From positions 4,614 through 68,613 of the IMG/VR virus record IMGVR_UViG_3300042508_000665: DNA of 64,000 bases. One strand, given 5' to 3'. Shown here piece after piece: positions 57,074 through 64,000 of the stretch. This stretch comes from a virus. The position numbers were made by a program, and so were the translations under genes. Every line of letters starts with the position of its first letter. Position 1 is the first letter of the stretch. The notes beneath the pieces were generated by a model. It was given only the letters and a program-made list of their open reading frames with translations. It was not told the origin of the DNA and searched no databases.

Positions 57074-57415
57074 ATGACCGCGCCCGCTGACACAAATGAC
57101 ACCTCACCAGCTCTCGTTGAATTGGCTGTAATTATTCGTTCTCGATTCACTAAGAATGAACAATCTGATTTACCGCTTGACAAAGTAATCGTAAAAGCCG
57201 AGGAAGTCGCCAAGATTTACCATCGCAATCGAGAGCCTATTACACCGTCAGAATTAGATATTTTGTATGAGGTTCTGCGTGAGTTTGGCATAATAGCAGC
57301 TCACATCCCCTCTGACTTCCATGTGCATGTTGGGAATGTCATGGCATTATTAAAAAAAGGTGACAGGACGCTCAGTAAAAGTCACGTATCTGGTGTTATC
57401 TTTTCAAGGATGTAG
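57074..57415 (+). CDS. hypothetical protein
   Basis: TAAATA at 57051, AGGAG SD. Confidence 0.6.
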   Translation: MTAPADTNDTSPALVELAVIIRSRFTKNEQSDLPLDKVIVKAEEVAKIYHRNREPITPSELDILYEVLREFGIIAAHIPSDFHVHVGNVMALLKKGDRTLSKSHVSGVIFSRM

Positions 57416-57417
57416 AT

Positions 57418-57996
57418 ATGACATGCGTTGTTGGACTAATTACTGATGTCGGATTGGTATTTGGAGCCGATTCTCTTGTTACCACAGAGACTGGGTTAAA
57501 GCTGACACTTTTAGACAAAAAGGTTTTCGTTAAGAATAACGTATTATTCGGTTTTTGTGGCGATCTTCGCTTTGGGCAGTTAGTAAAGCATCGATTTACA
57601 CCCCCTTCGCCTGGTAGAAGCAAAGACCTCGAAGCCTTTATGCATACGAAATTCCTACCCGACTTGCAGAAATTTTGCACCGATTCCGGAGTGCTTAAAA
57701 TGGAAGACCTATCATTTGAATTGCTGATAGGCATTCATCGTAGCATTTATACTATTGCTTCCGACTTCTCTGTTGTGGAAGCCTCAACTCGATATCAGGC
57801 TATAGGCAGTGGCGCTGAATATGCCCTTGGGGTGATGTACGCCACCAAGTCACTGTCTAACTTCCAACAACGAATAACTCTCGCCCTAGAAGCCTCCAGC
57901 GCATTCTCACAGACTGTTGCCAAGCCATTTCATTTTGAATGTCTAACGACCACTCCCAAGAAACAGGTAAAGACTAAATCCACTTCTCGCAAATAA
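57418..57996 (+). CDS. HslV/proteasome-beta-like Ntn protease
   Basis: M-T-CVVG, GADS, K.F, G..G, AIGSG..YA.G. Confidence 0.8.
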   Translation: MTCVVGLITDVGLVFGADSLVTTETGLKLTLLDKKVFVKNNVLFGFCGDLRFGQLVKHRFTPPSPGRSKDLEAFMHTKFLPDLQKFCTDSGVLKMEDLSFELLIGIHRSIYTIASDFSVVEASTRYQAIGSGAEYALGVMYATKSLSNFQQRITLALEASSAFSQTVAKPFHFECLTTTPKKQVKTKSTSRK

Positions 57997-58056
57997 CTAA
58001 TGTTTGACTGCTCTTAAACAGTCTAAGATAGTCTTATCTTTATAGGGTATTTAATA

Positions 58057-58365
58057 ATGTCGCAAAGTAGAAAATCCTTTTTACACCACCTTTCCAAAAA
58101 AGGTTTTCATGAATATCAACCAGATGGAGATATTTTCAAATATATAAATCGCGACTTTCTAAAATGCCATCCTTTTGCTGTTGGCATCTCATCGAAGGGA
58201 ACATCGATTAATGTGGCTGTATATCATTTAGAAACAAAATTAACTAAACACTTTGAAACGTATTCTGAAGCGTTGCGGTTTTTAAATGTTCTCAGTAATG
58301 AGAAAGAAAATCCACCTATTATTGACGAGAAGCCAAGACGAAGAAGAAAAAAAAAGCACCTCTAG
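58057..58365 (+). CDS. hypothetical protein
   Basis: 102-aa ORF ending in a terminator. Confidence 0.55.
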   Translation: MSQSRKSFLHHLSKKGFHEYQPDGDIFKYINRDFLKCHPFAVGISSKGTSINVAVYHLETKLTKHFETYSEALRFLNVLSNEKENPPIIDEKPRRRRKKKHL

Positions 58366-58376
58366 GGTGCTTTTTT
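58350..58376. terminator. bidirectional intrinsic terminator
   Basis: aaaaaagcacc-tctag-ggtgctttttt. Confidence 0.8.
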
Positions 58377-58400
58377 ATTAGGAAAGAGTCTGCCAGCCAC

Positions 58401-58958
58401 CTAGACACGGAATGTAGCTTGCGGAATTACAGCATCAACTGCGAACGTTACTTGAAACCTCTCAATTTGATTTGTATCCTGCCATCCTAGAGTTATTTCT
58501 GAAACATTAACGGGGAACAATCCAGTACATTTCCACGTTTTGATTCTCGCTTCATCCTGGCCGAACTGCTGAATAGTTGCCTGTGATTTATATGCTTCAG
58601 GTCGACTGGAGAACCCACTATTGCGAACGTTATCAATAGGCTCGTTGAGGGCTGAAAGCCATGAGATAAAAGCGTCATAAACGCCAAAATCTTCATCATT
58701 TATTACCTCGATAGCCCAAGGTGCATAAGTGCGATTTCCTGAAAAATTCACAGCCCTACCTTGATAAAACACCGGAATCGCATCAACAGTGGATGCTGGA
58801 ATTTGAGTAGCCGAAGCCTTTACCACTATATCAGCGGAAAAAACGGCACCAGGAAAGCTAGTAAGAGCAGGTGGCAGCGACATTTCTACTTGAAAAAGAT
58901 GTGGCCTTGCGCCACCGAAGCGCATTGTTTCTGTAAATTGATCTATCTTAAATGTCAT
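58401..58958 (-). CDS. gp19: tail tube protein
   Basis: GGARP.LF.V, GR....G.RT...W...V.NDEDF, FP..V..I.L.W....IE.F.VTF. Confidence 0.95.
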   Translation of the reverse strand: MTFKIDQFTETMRFGGARPHLFQVEMSLPPALTSFPGAVFSADIVVKASATQIPASTVDAIPVFYQGRAVNFSGNRTYAPWAIEVINDEDFGVYDAFISWLSALNEPIDNVRNSGFSSRPEAYKSQATIQQFGQDEARIKTWKCTGLFPVNVSEITLGWQDTNQIERFQVTFAVDAVIPQATFRV

Positions 58959-59035
58959 ATTATTAAGCCAAACTTATTATAAAGGTATTTATTATTCTAA
59001 ACACAGAAAGGAGGGAGAAACCCACCTCCCCCACA

Positions 59036-61159
59036 TTAAAATTGCCCAACAACTTCGTTGAATGATACTCCAGAGCGAGTTGCTACAAAATTTAAAGTAA
59101 TGAAGTTAATTGATTTTGCTGGCTTAATGAAGATATCACCAACAAATTCATTTCTATCGACTACTTCTGGGGTATTATTAGTAGAATCGCAGACGACCCT
59201 AGAATCGTAAATGCCGCGACGAGCTTGTACATTCTTTAAGAATGGTTCAACTTGGTTCTTGAAATTATTGCGAGTAACTTCATCATTAATTTCATGAATA
59301 AGATTTTTAGCAATAATTGCAACTGATTTGCGAAGTACGATAAACAAACGCCTTACATTAATTCGATCAAACGCCGAAGGTCTCGCAAGAAGAGTCTTAT
59401 CCCCCAACCATACAGGACCGCTACCAGCTTGAGAGATGACAAAATTTATCCCAGCTAGATATAAATCGTCACGAGCTGCCTTACGAGGATTCCACGCTAA
59501 TTTTACTACTTCTTTTAGAATACCTCGATTATAACCAGCTGGTGGTATCCAGGGAGCACTTTGCGTATCAGCACGAGCTATAATACCGGCCAAATCGCCA
59601 TTATCGGGAATCCACACAAACACATCTCGATATTTGTCATAGATATTTAACCAGTTAGAAGACATCACTCCATATGAAGAAGAAGGGAGTGTGTTTCTGA
59701 ATTCAATAACGTTAGAGGCTTCTTTTCCTGGAGCTGATACAACATCATCCTTTTCTGGTGAAATTAAGGCAATACAATCACCACGCGATTCGGCAATACC
59801 TAAAACGTGAAGAACGACCGCTGAACTTGCAGATCCACAGAGAAGAAGTGCAACATCTACTGATTCAGCATCAGCAAATAAATCGTATCCTAAGTTTCTT
59901 GCAGCATCAATAGCCGAACCAACGTTCACATCTCTACCGCCAGTAAGCCTCATAGTAGATGGTTTACTTACAACAGAGAAAACTTTATTTGCAGCTGTAG
60001 TTCCCCAATTAATTCCTGCTGGTATATGATCTGTCCAATATACGTACGAGCTGTTTTTATTAATTTTATTAACGTAATAGTTAGATGTACCATCATCATC
60101 TCTGGCATCAGAAGCCTTTGATAAGAATGAAAATCTTTCTAAAACGGTACCAGGAATACCACTAATATCACCACCGCGATCAACAACAACAACATGGAGT
60201 TGGTCATTTGAACCCAATTTGCTGAGTACAAAGTCAGAGGTACCTGGCGCGACGCCGATAGCATCGGCATATTCCCACTTTGCAACAACTGTAGACGTGC
60301 CGAGAGGTGGTTGAAAGGCTTTTTCGACGGTCAAAGACGTATCACTTACAACTGAAACGACTTTTCTTTCTTGACCACTAGCGACATCTCGTAGGATAGT
60401 TCCTGGCGTTACTCTTGAAAGGAATGAAGTTCCGATTCCGGTAACAGCAGTACCAGATGAAGAAACTGTTCCAGCTAAAGTTTGGCTAAAAGCTTCAGAT
60501 GATGGACATAAAGAAACTTCAATCGAGTTACCAAGAACGCCAGCATATCGAGCAGCAAATGGACCTACATTAGCAAGACCATTCGAATAATCCGAATCGT
60601 AATGAGATTGATTTCGAATTAATGCACCGATACCAGGTGAACCAGTGCCGGTTCCCTCTTCTGCTGTCGCGTTTAAAGTGCCGACATATATTGAGAAAGT
60701 GACGTTATCGTCGCTTAAATCAGTAGAAAACGCATCATCCAAGACGGCTTCAGTATCAGAAGTAACTGAAACTACAGTTCTTTCTTCGGAACCGCTATTT
60801 ACAATAGAACCTGGACGAAGTCTGGGACTGCCACTAATAAACCCACTTCCTGTTAGTGTAGTACCCGAAGACGAAACAACCGCTGCTACAGATTGTGATG
60901 CAGTTGAAGCAACTCGCACAACCCTTAGAGCGTCGGCGTAAGAAAGAAATCTGGCTGCCGTGAAGAATGAAGTTGCAGTGTCTAGATCCGGTTTGCCAAA
61001 TTTGCTTACAAGGTCACCCTCATTAGAAAGTGTAATAATTTCTTCTAATGGTCCCCATTTGAACACTCCACAAAATGCGCCAACAGTGGTATTAACGCCA
61101 GGAACGTAGCTGGATAGATCTATTTCTCTTGTTATAACGCCTGGTGAAATTTGAGTCAT
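59036..61159 (-). CDS. gp18: tail sheath protein
   Basis: SPGV..REIDL, F.WGP, W..PAG.NRG, FDRINVRRLF, KPA.SINFI.LNFVA. Confidence 0.97.
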   Translation of the reverse strand: MTQISPGVITREIDLSSYVPGVNTTVGAFCGVFKWGPLEEIITLSNEGDLVSKFGKPDLDTATSFFTAARFLSYADALRVVRVASTASQSVAAVVSSSGTTLTGSGFISGSPRLRPGSIVNSGSEERTVVSVTSDTEAVLDDAFSTDLSDDNVTFSIYVGTLNATAEEGTGTGSPGIGALIRNQSHYDSDYSNGLANVGPFAARYAGVLGNSIEVSLCPSSEAFSQTLAGTVSSSGTAVTGIGTSFLSRVTPGTILRDVASGQERKVVSVVSDTSLTVEKAFQPPLGTSTVVAKWEYADAIGVAPGTSDFVLSKLGSNDQLHVVVVDRGGDISGIPGTVLERFSFLSKASDARDDDGTSNYYVNKINKNSSYVYWTDHIPAGINWGTTAANKVFSVVSKPSTMRLTGGRDVNVGSAIDAARNLGYDLFADAESVDVALLLCGSASSAVVLHVLGIAESRGDCIALISPEKDDVVSAPGKEASNVIEFRNTLPSSSYGVMSSNWLNIYDKYRDVFVWIPDNGDLAGIIARADTQSAPWIPPAGYNRGILKEVVKLAWNPRKAARDDLYLAGINFVISQAGSGPVWLGDKTLLARPSAFDRINVRRLFIVLRKSVAIIAKNLIHEINDEVTRNNFKNQVEPFLKNVQARRGIYDSRVVCDSTNNTPEVVDRNEFVGDIFIKPAKSINFITLNFVATRSGVSFNEVVGQF

Positions 61160-61304
61160 TTTTACAATCCCTTAATTAATCGGATTTTCTAATACGTCTA
61201 TTTATTGTTTACGCGCTACACTCTTATTATTTTAAATTTCACAAAACCGTATTATTATTGATATCGAGAATAGAAACTTAGATTATCGTACCTAATTCTC
61301 AAAT

Positions 61305-64000
61305 TTAACTAATTTTTGTCCAAAGAACTCCATCAGATTCAAATTGCTCAACTCCGTTAAGTTTTTGCATAAAATTTATTATTTGATACGTCTCAGCTTT
61401 CTTTTTCAAACCTTCTTCACTCACTATGGAGTTATTTAATAATAATTTGAATTCTCGAATTGTATGAAGCCATCCAAATAGCAATAAAGCCATCACCAAA
61501 TCATCATTATTTCCCTCCTCTGCTGCATAAACGGCACCCTGACGGGAAAAGCTTTCTAATTCGCTAATTGTCTCCTTATCATTGATGATAAGATCATCAT
61601 TCTCAATTAATCGCTTAAGCTCAGTACAACCTATCAGTTTTACAGGTAAGGTGGTTTTACCTCCGAATCTACCCTTATTATTTCTTCCAAGAACAATTTT
61701 AAATTGTTCCTTTCCTTTAATTTTCTCTAAACTGATAAGATTTTTGTAGTCGGCTGAGAATAATGCTTCCGAAACTACAGGACCAGTTGATGCATCTTCG
61801 ATGAAGACCATCGCATCATTGTACATTTCGGCAACTTGTTTGATGAGCAAAGCTAATTCATGAGGTCTTATCATGTTGTCGTGATATGCCGCAACTTGTC
61901 CATATTTCTTCTCTGAAACGTCAATTACTTGTATGGATGAATAGTCTAATCCAACTCCTTCTCCACAGTCACAAATCATCACATATTGCCTATCTTCTTT
62001 TGGCTTTTGGTAAATGTTAATTGGTATTGTAGTTTCACAATTTTCAGGTACCAAAGAGCGAAGCTTATCTGGATGAATAAGCGTTTGCGTTGAACCGATG
62101 AAGTCGCAGTTATGAGAAATTACATCTTCGCTGTAAAATAGGTGACCGCCCGCAACATTTAATGGGTCAAAAAGAGAGATGCCTTCCTTAATAATTTCCT
62201 TTTTTAAAATCTTTTTTGAGCCGCCCCTGCTTTGCAGGAGGTTACCTTTTTTAAGTTTGTTTGCTTCTTTTAATCCCTTTGGCGTTTCAAATCTATGATT
62301 TGTTGAGCATCGAATTATAGTGCCATCGTCAAAAGTAAGACGAACATATTCGTCTCTGTGAATCTTTTGAATGCCATCGAAAGGCAAAAACCCAGAAGGG
62401 GTTTCTATAAGATATCTATGAGAGGAAATTAGACTCGCGCCGATTAGCTCATACAACTCCTCAATCGTTATTTGTTTAATTTCTCCTGTTGGAGTTTTGA
62501 TACGGACTCTACTCTCTCCGGCCAAACACAAATGTTCCTGTCGGAACATATCACGACCGAGTTCTTTGATTTGAGTCTGTACCCATTTTTCATTATCTCT
62601 AGCTGGATCGGCTCTATAGTCAGCTTTTATTAAATGCCAATTATTTCCAGCTTCGGCCTCTTTGATGATTTTGTAGAAATGATTTTTCCCTTGTGGGGTT
62701 GAGGTCACAAAAAGTTTGGTTTCAGTACCGGCTGCAATAGTAGGTATAATAGATGCTTTAAATTTATCGGCAACCGTTTTCTTAACCGCTGCAAATTCAT
62801 CCAAGAATACAATGGAAAAGGATCGACCTCGACCTGCGTTAATAGTAGTAGCGGATACCTGTACCGATGAACCATTTTCTAATTTGATAGATTTGATGTT
62901 CCATTTGGTATAGCCATGCTTTAACCAATGTGGAACATTTTCATAGCCTAATTTTAATCGGTCATGAATTTCTATTGCAGTCTCCTGCTTGTCAGCCAAA
63001 ACGCCTACTGAAACGTTTGGGTGGAAGTTAATGAACCAACCGATAAATGCAGCAGTGACGGATGTGTTATGGGTAGGTATTAAAGAATTGCCAGCTAGGA
63101 AGAGATGGCTTTCATTGTCCACTTTAATACATTTTACAGGAACAGTTTCAACTTTCTCAATTGATTGAATATAATGCCTCTGACTATCAAGCGAAATTAG
63201 CGCAGTCTGAAGTCGCTCAGCTTTTCTTTTTAGCCTAACAACCGGAAGAGTAGTTAAGCACCTGACTTTATAATGACGTCTTGGCTCTTCAAAGTAATAT
63301 GATTTTTCTTTATCCTTAGAATGTACTTTTGTTACAATTTTTGCCGTTATCTTCGCCTTAATTCCGAGAGACGCCATCAATGATTGCACCTGATTTGCAA
63401 GATCCTCTGACTTTGTATAAAATTCAGCACTGCCTTTTTTGGTAATTGAACCATCCGTGTCGAGTAATCCTTGAAGCAAAGCCAAGCGATCATCAAATGA
63501 TGATAACAAGTATTCAGCAGGAATGTGTTTGTTTTTTAATAAATTTAATTGTTTGAGCTTTCCATAAAGACCTTCAACTTTAACCAATTTCATATGAGAA
63601 TGGTCGCTCTTATAGGACTTTTGTGTGAATACTTCTGATGATACAATTTTCTCGTATTGTTCTACATCTTCTCTAAGACCGATGATATCTCCTGAATGCG
63701 AATACCCATCACCAATCCACAACCCCAAAAGATATGGGTTAATCGGAAGTTCCTTTTTCTCCATTTCCAAAGGTTTCGTAACGTCAATAAATACGCTTTG
63801 CCCTTTGGCTCTTTGTTTATTCAATATTGGTATAATTTCTTCAGTTGTTAAAGTCTTATATTTAACAATCTTACTAGTTTTTTTGATATCTGATCCTAAT
63901 TTGTAGGCTCCCGGAATCCTTTCTTGTGTGATAGTACCAATTGTCCAAAGATGTTCGGCGTCCGCTGTAATGACTTCGCCGTTATCAAACGTGACATTAT
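61305..64000 (-). CDS. gp17: terminase large subunit with two inteins (5' end beyond the window)
   Basis: GRG.S....LDEFA, STP.G.NHFY, D.GEGVG.DYS, NDDLVM; frame stays open to 64000. Confidence 0.95.
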   Translation of the reverse strand, partial: NVTFDNGEVITADAEHLWTIGTITQERIPGAYKLGSDIKKTSKIVKYKTLTTEEIIPILNKQRAKGQSVFIDVTKPLEMEKKELPINPYLLGLWIGDGYSHSGDIIGLREDVEQYEKIVSSEVFTQKSYKSDHSHMKLVKVEGLYGKLKQLNLLKNKHIPAEYLLSSFDDRLALLQGLLDTDGSITKKGSAEFYTKSEDLANQVQSLMASLGIKAKITAKIVTKVHSKDKEKSYYFEEPRRHYKVRCLTTLPVVRLKRKAERLQTALISLDSQRHYIQSIEKVETVPVKCIKVDNESHLFLAGNSLIPTHNTSVTAAFIGWFINFHPNVSVGVLADKQETAIEIHDRLKLGYENVPHWLKHGYTKWNIKSIKLENGSSVQVSATTINAGRGRSFSIVFLDEFAAVKKTVADKFKASIIPTIAAGTETKLFVTSTPQGKNHFYKIIKEAEAGNNWHLIKADYRADPARDNEKWVQTQIKELGRDMFRQEHLCLAGESRVRIKTPTGEIKQITIEELYELIGASLISSHRYLIETPSGFLPFDGIQKIHRDEYVRLTFDDGTIIRCSTNHRFETPKGLKEANKLKKGNLLQSRGGSKKILKKEIIKEGISLFDPLNVAGGHLFYSEDVISHNCDFIGSTQTLIHPDKLRSLVPENCETTIPINIYQKPKEDRQYVMICDCGEGVGLDYSSIQVIDVSEKKYGQVAAYHDNMIRPHELALLIKQVAEMYNDAMVFIEDASTGPVVSEALFSADYKNLISLEKIKGKEQFKIVLGRNNKGRFGGKTTLPVKLIGCTELKRLIENDDLIINDKETISELESFSRQGAVYAAEEGNNDDLVMALLLFGWLHTIREFKLLLNNSIVSEEGLKKKAETYQIINFMQKLNGVEQFESDGVLWTKIS
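62109..62528 (-). mobile_element. mini-intein (140 aa, no endonuclease)
   Basis: Starts CLAGES, block B CSTNHRF, ends SHN before Cys. Confidence 0.9.
63066..64000 (-). mobile_element. intein with LAGLIDADG homing endonuclease (N-terminus beyond the window)
   Basis: Block B TADAEHLW, LLGLWIGDG, LLQGLLDTDG, ends PTHN before Thr. Confidence 0.92.

Noticed and set aside
1-64000. Stop-codon reassignment
   Set aside because: Core genes are full length in code 11, and TAA, TAG and TGA all act as stops.

Overview
This window is a 64-kb, AT-rich segment of a T4-superfamily myovirus in the standard genetic code. It carries recognisable T4 core genes for the head (gp20, 21, 22, 23), tail and baseplate (gp18, 19, 3, 48, 53, 54, 26/51, hub and tape-measure-like proteins), packaging (gp17 with two inteins, gp2, gp4), replication and recombination (gp43, 41, 44/62, 45, 32, 59, 46/47, UvsX/Y/W, RegA) and late transcription (gp55, gp33, many TAAATA promoters). 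Accessory genes include class II NrdJ, dCTP deaminase, PhoH, a GH24 endolysin and long tail fibres. The most unusual signals are: (1) an intact tyrosine integrase and an excisionase next to an attP-like array of TGTGCCA arm repeats, suggesting a temperate T4-like phage; (2) a plasmid-replicase-like AEP/winged-HTH gene followed by a 700-bp AT-rich, hairpin-rich non-coding region that may be an origin; (3) a slippery site plus stem-loop that would fuse gp26 to a start-less gp51-like frame just upstream of the tape-measure gene; (4) three promoter classes visible in the DNA: T4-late TAAATA (several apparently leaderless), a GGTAATG(C/T) motif before replication operons, and sigma28-like promoters before accessory genes. 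All calls come from reading motifs by eye; no database searches were run.
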